32,000 nt of DNA, taken from assembly GCF_000012905.2 (NCBI RefSeq), contig NC_007493.2, positions 2,490,001 to 2,522,000 of the forward strand, written 5' to 3'. Made by a program: the position numbers and the translations under genes. A model generated the notes under the pieces. That model was not told the origin of the DNA. It ran no database searches and saw only the letters and a list, made by a program, of their open reading frames with translations. Below, in pieces: positions 1 through 7,131 of this stretch. Every line of letters begins with the position of its first letter. Position 1 is the first letter of the stretch. Source of the DNA: Cereibacter sphaeroides 2.4.1 (GTDB taxonomy: Bacteria; Pseudomonadota; Alphaproteobacteria; Rhodobacterales; Rhodobacteraceae).

Positions 1-1
1 C

Positions 2-583
2 GTGCCCTTCGTCATCAAAACCCGGAAGGGCGACGTGACAGTGGATGCCGACGAATACATCCGCCACGGCGCGACGCTCGACGCGATGGCCAAGCTGCGC
101 CCCGCCTTCATCAAGGACGGCACCGTGACCGCGGCCAACGCCTCGGGCATCAACGACGGCGCGGCGGCGGTCCTCGTGATGAGCGCCGAGGAGGCCGAGA
201 AGCGCGGCCTTTCGCCGCTGGCCCGCATCGCCTCCTATGCCACGGCGGGGCTCGATCCCTCGATCATGGGCGTGGGTCCGATCCATGCCAGCCGCAAGGC
301 GCTCGAGAAGGCCGGCTGGAAGGTGGGCGATCTCGATCTGGTCGAGGCCAACGAGGCCTTCGCGGCGCAGGCCTGTGCCGTCAACAAGGACATGGGCTGG
401 GATCCCTCGATCGTGAACGTGAACGGCGGCGCCATCGCCATCGGGCACCCGATCGGGGCCTCGGGCGCGCGCGTGCTGAACACGCTGCTGTTCGAGATGC
501 AGCGCCGCAACGCCAAAAAGGGCCTCGCCACCCTCTGCATCGGCGGCGGCATGGGCGTCGCCATGTGCCTCGAGCGCCCCTGA
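2..583 (+). CDS. phaA: acetyl-CoA C-acetyltransferase (beta-ketothiolase), C-terminal 193 aa; the 5' end lies outside the window
   Basis: The ORF is open from the window edge to TGA at 581-583. The translation carries C-terminal thiolase signatures ([44 protein letters not shown]). phaB follows immediately downstream. Confidence 0.9.
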   Translation: MPFVIKTRKGDVTVDADEYIRHGATLDAMAKLRPAFIKDGTVTAANASGINDGAAAVLVMSAEEAEKRGLSPLARIASYATAGLDPSIMGVGPIHASRKALEKAGWKVGDLDLVEANEAFAAQACAVNKDMGWDPSIVNVNGGAIAIGHPIGASGARVLNTLLFEMQRRNAKKGLATLCIGGGMGVAMCLERP

Positions 584-605
584 TCGCCCGCGGCGATCTG
601 ACAAC

Positions 606-636
606 GGGTGCGCAATAATGTTGCGCACCCTTTTCC
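606..636 (+). terminator. intrinsic terminator/attenuator hairpin between phaA and phaB
   Basis: GGGTGCGCAA (606-615) pairs perfectly with TTGCGCACCC (621-630) around a 5-nt loop, followed by TTTT (631-634). It starts 23 nt after the phaA stop. Confidence 0.6.
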
Positions 637-682
637 ATATCTATAACAGTCTTTCAACGAGCGGATATTTGAAGGAGGGATC

Positions 683-1405
683 ATGTCCAAGGTTGCTCTG
701 GTGACGGGCGGTTCGCGGGGCATCGGCGCCGCCATCTCGGTGGCGCTGAAGAACGCGGGCTACACGGTCGCCGCGAACTATGCGGGCAATGACGAGGCGG
801 CGCGGAAGTTCACCGAAGAGACCGGCATCAAGACCTACAAATGGTCCGTCGCGGATTACGATGCCTGCGCTGCGGGCATCGCGCAGGTCGAGGCCGAGCT
901 CGGGCCGGTGGCTGTGCTGGTGAACAACGCCGGCATCACGCGGGATTCGATGTTCCACAAGATGACGCGCGACCAGTGGAAAGAGGTGATCGACACCAAC
1001 CTGTCGGGCCTCTTCAACATGACCCACCCGGTCTGGTCCGGGATGCGGGACCGCAAGTTCGGCCGGATCATCAACATCTCTTCGATCAACGGCCAGAAGG
1101 GCCAGGCCGGGCAGGCGAACTATTCCGCGGCCAAGGCGGGCGACCTCGGCTTCACCAAGGCGCTGGCGCAGGAGGGCGCGCGGGCGGGCATCACCGTCAA
1201 TGCGATCTGCCCCGGCTATATCGCGACCGAGATGGTGATGGCCGTGCCGGAAAAGGTGCGCGAGTCGATCATCGCCCAGATCCCGACCGGCCGCCTCGGC
1301 GAGCCGGAGGAGATTGCCCGCTGCGTGGTCTTCCTCGCCTCCGACGATGCGGGCTTCGTCACCGGATCGACCATCACGGCGAACGGCGGCCAGTATTTCG
1401 TCTGA
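683..1405 (+). CDS. phaB: NADPH-dependent acetoacetyl-CoA reductase (SDR family)
   Basis: 240-aa ORF with the TGGSRGIG cofactor motif, NNAGI and the YSAAK catalytic Tyr/Lys. A GAAGGAGG ribosome-binding site lies at 671-678. The sequence is recognisably PhaB-like over its full length. Confidence 0.93.
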   Translation: MSKVALVTGGSRGIGAAISVALKNAGYTVAANYAGNDEAARKFTEETGIKTYKWSVADYDACAAGIAQVEAELGPVAVLVNNAGITRDSMFHKMTRDQWKEVIDTNLSGLFNMTHPVWSGMRDRKFGRIINISSINGQKGQAGQANYSAAKAGDLGFTKALAQEGARAGITVNAICPGYIATEMVMAVPEKVRESIIAQIPTGRLGEPEEIARCVVFLASDDAGFVTGSTITANGGQYFV

Positions 1406-1430
1406 GGATCTTCTCATCCTGAAAACCAGA

Positions 1431-1466
1431 GAGCCGCGCAGGGATCTGCGCGGCTCCTTTCGTTTC
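1431..1466. terminator. bidirectional intrinsic terminator between convergent phaB and the DUF465 gene
   Basis: GAGCCGCGCAG (1431-1441) pairs with CTGCGCGGCTC (1446-1456) around a 4-nt loop. CTTTCGTTT follows on the + strand and TCTGGTTTTC follows on the - strand. Confidence 0.7.
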
Positions 1467-1547
1467 ACTGGAATCAACCGTCGGCTGAAACGTCCCGCGA
1501 CGGGCGAGCCGGGGCGCCAGCACCCGAAGGTGGGCGCCGCCCCCTCG

Positions 1548-1715
1548 TCACGCCTGAGAAAGACGGGCGATTTCCTCTTTCAGCTTGAGTTTCTGTTTCT
1601 TCATCTCGGAGATCTTCAGGGCGTCCATGGCGGGGTTTCGCTGAGCTTTCTCCACGCTCGTCGAGAGAGTCTCGTGTTTGCGGCGCAGTTCCTGCAGATG
1701 CGAAGCGACAGTCAT
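1548..1715 (-). CDS. small DUF465-like (YdcH-like) coiled-coil protein, 55 aa
   Basis: I placed the start at the internal ATG (1715) because AGGAGG sits 6 nt upstream of it. The translation MTVASHLQELRRKHETLSTSVEKAQRNPAMDALKISEMKKQKLKLKEEI matches the DUF465 pattern as I recall it. Confidence 0.75.
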   Translation of the reverse strand: MTVASHLQELRRKHETLSTSVEKAQRNPAMDALKISEMKKQKLKLKEEIARLSQA

Positions 1716-1813
1716 TCTCGTCCTCCTGTGCATGATCCGAGTGTCACGAGTTCATCACAAAGGTCGAGTCGTGTCACGCGAAGTCGGGCCGGTGGGCAGG
1801 ACCTCGCGCAGTC

Positions 1814-2575
1814 TCATATCAACCTGAACGGGAATTCCCCTCCGTTGCGCAGGATATGGGCAGCCGCGGGGCTGAAGCTCTCGCGGTCGCCGTCATGTTG
1901 GGCGCCCTCGTGCAGCACGAAGGGCGGCAGCAGCCGGAACGGCGCCCGCCCGCCCTTGCGGGACTGGAGGATCACGCGCTTGGCCGGGCGGCCCTCGCGC
2001 GGCTGAAGCGGCAGGAGGACGGAGGAGCCCATGCGTCCGTCGAGGGCGGCCAGCGCATCCGGCAGGCGATCCGCGCCGAAGATGAGCGACAGAACGCCGC
2101 GGGGCGCAAGACGACGCACGGCGGCCTCGATCCAGGTCGCCAGAGGCGTCTCCTCGCGCATCGCCCGCTCGCGTCCGGGATCGGCCGCTCCGGTTCCGCC
2201 GCCCGCGGGATAGTAGGGCGGATTGGCAATCACATGGTCGAAGCTCTGCCGCAGCGCCGCCGGCATCGCCGAGAGATCGCCCTCCACAACCTCGAGAGCC
2301 ACGCCGTTCATCGCCGCATTCTCGCGCGCGAGCGCGGCATAGGCCGGTTGCAGCTCCAGCCCCGCAAGCCGCAGCCCCGGCACCCGTGCCGCGAGACAAA
2401 GGCTCGCGACCCCGGCACCGCAGCCCAGTTCCAGCACGCTCTGCCCCGCGCTGGCGGGAACGGCCGCGGCGAGCAGCACCGGATCGGTCGCGGCCCGGTA
2501 GCCCCGGCGCGGCTGCAGCACCGTCAGACGTCCGCCGAGAAAGCCGTCGGAAGTCAATTCGTCCGGGGCGAACAT
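1814..2575 (-). CDS. SAM-dependent N6-adenine methyltransferase, tRNA1(Val) (adenine37-N6)-methyltransferase-like (YfiC/TrmN6 family)
   Basis: 253 aa starting MFAPDELTSDGFLGG. It has the SAM-binding motif VLELGCGAG and the catalytic NPPY motif (IANPPYY). The ATG shares one base with the upstream DUF2007 stop (TGATG at 2573-2577). The 401-aa ORF in the track is an upstream over-extension. Confidence 0.8.
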   Translation of the reverse strand: MFAPDELTSDGFLGGRLTVLQPRRGYRAATDPVLLAAAVPASAGQSVLELGCGAGVASLCLAARVPGLRLAGLELQPAYAALARENAAMNGVALEVVEGDLSAMPAALRQSFDHVIANPPYYPAGGGTGAADPGRERAMREETPLATWIEAAVRRLAPRGVLSLIFGADRLPDALAALDGRMGSSVLLPLQPREGRPAKRVILQSRKGGRAPFRLLPPFVLHEGAQHDGDRESFSPAAAHILRNGGEFPFRLI

Positions 2576-2790
2576 CAGGGGGTCGTCGGGATGCCGTTGT
2601 CGGACATCACCCGGCAGGCGCGATCCCAGTCTTCTTCCGGGACAAACAGACGCCGCGGCAATATGCCGATGGAGCCTTCGAGGACGCTCATGTGGACGTC
2701 CACCGGAAAGGCGTCTATATCCTCGCCCTGAAGGAGCGCGGTGGCGAAGGCGATGATCGTCGGGTCGGTCGTGCGCAACAGTTCCTTCAT
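2575..2790 (-). CDS. DUF2007-domain small protein, 71 aa
   Basis: The translation MKELLRTTDPTIIAFATALLQGEDIDAFPVDVHMSVLEGSIGILPRRLFVPEEDWDRA fits the DUF2007 family pattern. It is translationally coupled to the downstream methyltransferase. Confidence 0.75.
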   Translation of the reverse strand: MKELLRTTDPTIIAFATALLQGEDIDAFPVDVHMSVLEGSIGILPRRLFVPEEDWDRACRVMSDNGIPTTP

Positions 2791-2858
2791 GTCGGGGACA
2801 TTGTCGGCAACGCCTCGGTTTGTCGAGGCCGGTTCGTCGACCGGGTGGCAGGATCGGG

Positions 2859-3860
2859 ATGGGATTGGACGAGGTTTCGCAAAAGCCGCATGAACGGCTC
2901 GCCGCGTGGCTGGCCGAGGACATGGCCGCCGTCAACGGGCTGATCCGCGAGCGGATGGCCTCGAAACACGCGCCCCGCATTCCCGAGGTCACGGCGCATC
3001 TGGTCGAGGCCGGCGGCAAGCGGCTGCGGCCGCTCCTGACGCTCGCCGCGGCGCGGCTGTGCGGCTACGAGGGGCCCTATCACATCCATCTGGCCGCGAC
3101 GGTGGAGTTCATCCACACGGCGACGCTGCTTCACGACGATGTGGTGGACGAAAGCCACCGCCGCCGCGGCAAACCCACGGCGAACCTGCTGTGGGACAAC
3201 AAATCCTCGGTGCTGGTGGGCGACTATCTCTTCGCCCGCAGCTTCCAGCTGATGGTCGAGACCGGCTCGCTTCGCGTGATGGACATCCTCGCCAATGCCT
3301 CGGCCACCATCTCCGAGGGCGAGGTGCTGCAGCTGACCGCGGCCCAGGATCTGCGCACGACCGAGGACATCTACCTGCAGGTGGTGCGCGGCAAGACGGC
3401 CGCGCTCTTTGCCGCGGCAACCGAGGTGGGCGGCGTGGTCGCGGGCGTGCCCGAGGCGCAGGTCGAGGCGCTCCACGCCTACGGGGACGCGCTGGGGATC
3501 GCCTTCCAGATCGTCGACGACCTCCTCGATTATGGCGGCGTGGATGCCCAGATCGGCAAGAACACCGGCGACGACTTCCGCGAACGCAAGCTGACGCTGC
3601 CGGTCATCAAGGCGGTGGCCCAGGCCGATGCCGAGGAGCGCGCCTTCTGGCAGCGGGTGATCGAGAAGGGCGACCAGCGCGAGGGTGACCTCGAGCAAGC
3701 CCATGCGATCATGTCCCGCCACGGCGCCATGGAGGCCGCCCGGCAGGATGCGCTCCGCTGGGTCACGGTGGCGCGCGAGGCACTCGGCCAGCTGCCGGAG
3801 CACCCGCTGCGCGAGATGCTGCACGATCTGGCCGATTTCGTGGTCGAACGCATCGCCTGA
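2859..3860 (+). CDS. ispB: all-trans polyprenyl (octa-/decaprenyl) diphosphate synthase for the ubiquinone side chain
   Basis: Both trans-prenyltransferase Asp-rich motifs are present (LLHDDVVDESHRRRG and FQIVDDLLD). I chose the ATG at 2859, which has AGGA 7 nt upstream, rather than the TTG at 2820. Chain-length specificity cannot be read from the sequence. Confidence 0.9.
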   Translation: MGLDEVSQKPHERLAAWLAEDMAAVNGLIRERMASKHAPRIPEVTAHLVEAGGKRLRPLLTLAAARLCGYEGPYHIHLAATVEFIHTATLLHDDVVDESHRRRGKPTANLLWDNKSSVLVGDYLFARSFQLMVETGSLRVMDILANASATISEGEVLQLTAAQDLRTTEDIYLQVVRGKTAALFAAATEVGGVVAGVPEAQVEALHAYGDALGIAFQIVDDLLDYGGVDAQIGKNTGDDFRERKLTLPVIKAVAQADAEERAFWQRVIEKGDQREGDLEQAHAIMSRHGAMEAARQDALRWVTVAREALGQLPEHPLREMLHDLADFVVERIA

Positions 3861-3882
3861 TCCCTTCCGGGCGCTCTGCCCC

Positions 3883-3918
3883 GGCGCAGCGCAGGATCCC
3901 GCGCTGCGCCCCTTTCGG
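3883..3918 (+). terminator. intrinsic terminator after ispB
   Basis: GGCGCAGCGC (3883-3892) pairs perfectly with GCGCTGCGCC (3901-3910) around an 8-nt loop, followed by CCTTTCGG. Confidence 0.55.
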
Positions 3919-4027
3919 CCTTCCGACAGTCCCTCTGCCGCGGGAGGCCGGCCTCGCCTGAGAAGCCGCACTGGCCGCCGGTCTTCCCCCGAACCGCTCC
4001 CGGGCCTGCTCGGAAGGCGTCCGCCGC

Positions 4028-4047
4028 AAAAGCCCCCGCGGGGGGGC
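4028..4047 (-). terminator. minus-strand intrinsic-terminator-like hairpin with no minus-strand gene immediately upstream of it
   Basis: On the - strand, GCCCCC (4047-4042), a 4-nt loop and GGGGGC (4037-4032) are followed by TTTT (4031-4028). The stem is short (6 bp), so confidence is moderate. Confidence 0.4.
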
Positions 4048-4185
4048 CTCACCGGCGGCCATCAGGAAGAGACCGTTGAAGCGGCCCGCTCGAATCCTGT
4101 CGCGCCCCCCCCCCGACCGGGCGGCTCTCCGATCCGTGTTCGCTCGGCGATGGACAGCCGTTCCCTGTCCGTTCATGATGGCGCC

Positions 4186-4653
4186 ATGCAGACCCTTACC
4201 GTTCCCGATTCCGGCCTCGCCCCCCTCCTGCCCGGCCAAAGGCTCGCCCGCGGCGTCTGCCGCCATCTGCGCAGCCATGATTTCGTCTCGGTGGTCGAAC
4301 TCGTGCCCGCGCCCGGCCTCAGGGTCGACGTGATGGCGCTGGGGCCCAAGGGCGAGATCTGGGTGGTGGAATGCAAATCCTCGCGCGCGGACTATCAGTC
4401 CGACCGCAAGTGGCAGGGCTATCTCGACTGGTGCGACCGCTTCTTCTTCGCGGTGGACGAGGCCTTTCCGGTGGATCTCCTGCCCGAGGGCACCGGCCTC
4501 ATGCTCGCCGACGGCTACGATGCCGAGATCCTGCGCATCGGCCCCGAGGGGCGGCTCGCGCCCGCGCGGCGCAAGGCCGTGATCCAGGGATTCGCCCGCC
4601 ACGCGGCCCTGCGCCTGCAGGGTCTGCGCGATCCGGGCGCCTTCCCCGGCTGA
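4186..4653 (+). CDS. mmcB: MmcB-family DNA repair protein (PD-(D/E)xK nuclease fold)
   Basis: The C-terminal 155 aa of the 322-aa track ORF reads RLARGVCRHL...VDVMALGPKGEIWVVECKSSRADYQSDRKWQGYLDWCDRFFFAV...ARRKA, which contains a D...ExK nuclease motif and the MmcB family pattern. The start is uncertain: ATG 4186 or ATG 4150, neither with a clear ribosome-binding site. Confidence 0.7.
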   Translation: MQTLTVPDSGLAPLLPGQRLARGVCRHLRSHDFVSVVELVPAPGLRVDVMALGPKGEIWVVECKSSRADYQSDRKWQGYLDWCDRFFFAVDEAFPVDLLPEGTGLMLADGYDAEILRIGPEGRLAPARRKAVIQGFARHAALRLQGLRDPGAFPG

Positions 4654-4875
4654 TCACTTCCGCTTCTTCGGCTCCGGCCCGCGGTTGTCCTTGGCCATCG
4701 CGCGCGCACGCTCGGCTGCGGCGCGCAGCTCCTCGGCGATCTCGTCGGCCTCGTCGGGGTCGAAATCGAGCGGCAGGTCCACGCCCTCGCCCTCGATATA
4801 GATCCGCACCATGCCGAGCGAGGTCGGCCCGATCTGCAGGTTCGCGGCAAGCTCGCTCTGTTTGTCGATCCCCAT
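4654..4875 (-). CDS. small conserved hypothetical protein, 73 aa, acidic core with a basic KKRK tail (possibly the family annotated as DUF6324)
   Basis: The ATG at 4875 is preceded by GGAGGA. The translation is MGIDKQSELAANLQIGPTSLGMVRIYIEGEGVDLPLDFDPDEADEIAEEL. Codon bias is good. The family name is from memory only. Confidence 0.6.
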   Translation of the reverse strand: MGIDKQSELAANLQIGPTSLGMVRIYIEGEGVDLPLDFDPDEADEIAEELRAAAERARAMAKDNRGPEPKKRK

Positions 4876-4990
4876 GTCGGTCCTCCGTTGCCAGTGGAGT
4901 GGGCGTAGCGCCCTTCTGTCGCGCTGGCAAGGCGCCGCCTTGATCCGTGCCCTCCCCCGCCTCATGATCGCAAAGGGAGGGCCTCCGGCG

Positions 4991-5476
4991 ATGCAGGACG
5001 CATTGGAACTGCGCGACCTCGAGATCGGCGACGCGGGCTGGATCGTGGCCCGGCACGCCGAGATCTATGCGGCCGAGGCGGGGTTCGACCTGAGCTTCGA
5101 GGCACAGGTGGCCGAGCACATGTCCCGTTTCATCCGCACCCGCGATCCGGCCCGCGAGCGCGCCTTCATCGCCTGTCTCGGCGGCCGCCGGGTAGGCTGC
5201 CTGCTCTGCACCCGCATGGGCGACGAAAGCGCCCGGATCAGCCTGTTCCTCGTCGAGCCCGAGATGCGCTGCCGCGGGATCGGCCGCCACCTCCTGCAGC
5301 AGGCGATGAACTTTGCCCGCGCCCACGGCTATGCGTCCCTCTGCTTCTGGACCTTCAACGGGCACCACACCTCGGAGTCGCTCTATGTCTCGTCGGGCTT
5401 CCGGAGGGTCACCTCCCACCCGGCCCATTCCTTCGGCCGCGACGTGATCGAGCAGGAATGGGAGATCGTGCTCTGA
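4991..5476 (+). CDS. GNAT-family N-acetyltransferase, 161 aa
   Basis: An acetyl-CoA-binding motif is present (LFLVEPEMRCRGIGRHLLQQAMNFA). GGGAGG lies upstream of the ATG at 4991. The substrate is unknown. Confidence 0.8.
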   Translation: MQDALELRDLEIGDAGWIVARHAEIYAAEAGFDLSFEAQVAEHMSRFIRTRDPARERAFIACLGGRRVGCLLCTRMGDESARISLFLVEPEMRCRGIGRHLLQQAMNFARAHGYASLCFWTFNGHHTSESLYVSSGFRRVTSHPAHSFGRDVIEQEWEIVL

Positions 5477-5521
5477 GCCCTCTTGCATTCCCCCGCCGCC
5501 GAGTCTAAATGGCCCGCGAGT

Positions 5522-5598
5522 GCCGGCTTAGCTCAGTTGGTTAGAGCACCAGATTGTGGATCTGGGGGTCCCCCGTTCGAGCCGGGGAGTCGGTACCA
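5522..5598 (+). tRNA. tRNA-His (anticodon GUG) with encoded CCA, a G1-U72 pair, A73 and no encoded G-1
   Basis: Cloverleaf folded by hand: acceptor stem 5522-5528/5588-5594, D arm 5531-5547, anticodon stem CCAGA/TCTGG with loop TTGTGGA (GTG at 5556-5558), T arm CCCCG-TTCGAGC-CGGGG, then A73 and CCA (5595-5598). Position -1 is T (5521). Confidence 0.93.
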
Positions 5599-5605
5599 TC
5601 TCATA

Positions 5606-5634
5606 AGGCCCGGGCATCGCGTCCGGGCCTTTTG
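5606..5634 (+). terminator. intrinsic terminator of tRNA-His
   Basis: AGGCCCGG (5606-5613) pairs with CCGGGCCT (5623-5630), followed by TTTG. Confidence 0.75.
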
Positions 5635-5900
5635 CTTGCCACCCCAAAGCTCCATCTCGCGGGCAGATGCGCCAAGGTCGGGCTTGCCTGCCTAAGCGCG
5701 GCACCCTATCTAGAGCGATGGCGGGTTCTGCCCCTCTCGTGCGTGGTCCTTTTCCAGTGGCCGATAAGCATATCCGAGGGAGCTGGCTCTGCCAGGGTCC
5801 TGGCCCTGGTATCTGGCGACCACCTGAGTCTCAGGCTCTCGGGAAACGCATGCCACCACGGCTGCCGCGGTTCCCGCCACTTCTTCCCTCTTTGCAGCAC

Positions 5901-5995
5901 GGGCCAAGGGCCAAGGGCCAAGGGCCAAGGGCCAAGGGCCAAGGGCCAAGGGCCAAGGGCCAAGGGCCAAGGGCCAAGGGCCAAGGGCCAAGGGC
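5901..5995. repeat. perfect heptanucleotide tandem repeat (GGGCCAA) x13 plus a partial GGGC
   Basis: Counted directly: 13 identical 7-nt units span 5901-5991, then GGGC. No substitutions. This gives 14 GGG tracts separated by 4 nt. Confidence 0.97.
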
Positions 5996-6208
5996 GATCC
6001 GCTGCTCAGGGATCGGCGTCAAGCCGCGCTCGATCTTCTCTCGGTTCCGCTGAGGTAACAGGGCGGACCGCCTCGCCTCGCGTCTGGCACCAGGGTGTGC
6101 TCAGCCATGGCAGAAATTCGGGAGCTCGGCCCGCGGCTCCTGCCGGAGGGCGCCTGCCGGCGCGGTGCCGTCTTGGCCCGGTCTGCCGGAAGAGGTTTCC
6201 TCCGCACG

Positions 6209-6235
6209 AAAAAGGGGCGGATTGCTCCGCCCCTT
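6209..6235 (-). terminator. intrinsic terminator of the DUF481 gene
   Basis: GGGGCGG (6214-6220) pairs with CCGCCCC (6227-6233) around a 6-nt loop. An A5 run on the + strand (6209-6213) gives U5 after the stem on the - strand. It lies about 25 nt past the stop codon. Confidence 0.8.
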
Positions 6236-6258
6236 CTGACAGGATCGCAGGGGTGCGA

Positions 6259-7131
6259 TCAGAAGCCGTAGACGAGCGACACGCCGAGCTTGTTGTCCGT
6301 GCGGATCGCGCGGCTCTCGTTATAGTCAGTCAGGTAGCTCACGCGCGTCGAGAAGGCGTCGGTCATCTTGATGTTGACGCCGAAGTCGTTGTTCACGCGC
6401 AGCGCCTCGTCCGAGCTCAGAACGTCGGTGTCGTTGGTCAGGAAGACGTTCTCGTTGATCCGGTAGAAGAAGCGCGACGAGGCGATGTAGCCCACCTCGG
6501 ACTCGTCCCGGTCATCGCCGAACTCGAGGTAGCTGAGGCCCACACCGGCCTGGACGCGCCAGGTCATGTCGGCACGGTTGATCACCCGATAGCCCGGGCC
6601 GACGCCGATGAAGCCGTCGGTCTTGACCCGCTCGCCCAGCGGCACGTCGGCGATCTCGCCGGTCGCATCCTCGTCGTCGGCGAGGCCGTTGAACTCCGCC
6701 CGACCCAGCACGAAGCCGTAGAACTGCTCGTTGAAGTAGTAGTTGCCCTCATAGACCATGAAGATGTCTTCCTGGTCGGAGTCGCCGTCCGATTCGGCAT
6801 AGTCGAGAACGACGCCGAGGTTCTGGACATACGGGCCCTGCGCGTGGCGCAGACGGGCACCGATGGTCAGGTTCTGCTCCTCGGTGTTGCCGTCGCTGCC
6901 GCTGTAGCCGAGCGAGGCGCTGCCCGAGAAGCCGGGACGGAACTCGGGGTTGCCGAAGCGGGACGGATCCTGCGCTTCTTCGAGGTCGTCCTGAACATCA
7001 TCCTCGATGTCCTCGATCCGATCCTCGATCTGCCGCGTCCCGGTGAGGGTGCCCACCTGCGCGTGAACGGCGGTCGTGCCGATGAGCAGGGCGAAAGCCG
7101 TCAGGCCGGCAATGCGAAAATTCTCTTTCAT
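6259..7131 (-). CDS. DUF481-family (YdiY-like) outer-membrane beta-barrel protein with a signal peptide
   Basis: The N-terminal signal peptide is MKENFRIAGLTAFALLIGTTAVHA/Q. The body has alternating beta-strand character and is rich in acidic residues. The C-terminal residue is aromatic (LVYGF), as is typical of OMPs. Confidence 0.8.
   Translation of the reverse strand: MKENFRIAGLTAFALLIGTTAVHAQVGTLTGTRQIEDRIEDIEDDVQDDLEEAQDPSRFGNPEFRPGFSGSASLGYSGSDGNTEEQNLTIGARLRHAQGPYVQNLGVVLDYAESDGDSDQEDIFMVYEGNYYFNEQFYGFVLGRAEFNGLADDEDATGEIADVPLGERVKTDGFIGVGPGYRVINRADMTWRVQAGVGLSYLEFGDDRDESEVGYIASSRFFYRINENVFLTNDTDVLSSDEALRVNNDFGVNIKMTDAFSTRVSYLTDYNESRAIRTDNKLGVSLVYGF

Noticed and set aside
1814-3019. 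N-terminally extended versions of real genes as listed in the ORF track (1814..3019, 3685..4653, 4654..4965, 7339..8034, 10964..11719, 13935..14459, 17406..18320, 19292..21118)
   Set aside because: In each case the family-like sequence begins at an internal ATG that carries a good Shine-Dalgarno sequence or a stop/start overlap with the upstream gene. The upstream extension is Arg/Pro-rich shadow sequence that often overlaps a neighbouring gene.
4991-5476. GNAT next to a tRNA gene as a TacT/AtaT-type tRNA-acetylating toxin
   Set aside because: There is no upstream RHH/DUF1778-type antitoxin ORF, and the neighbouring small gene is divergent and unrelated in pattern. Proximity to tRNA-His is most simply coincidental.
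5522-6258. Integrated mobile element or genomic island at tRNA-His
   Set aside because: There is no integrase, excisionase or transposase ORF. I could see no duplicated tRNA 3' segment and no compositional break. I kept only a low-interest note about the unusually long spacer.
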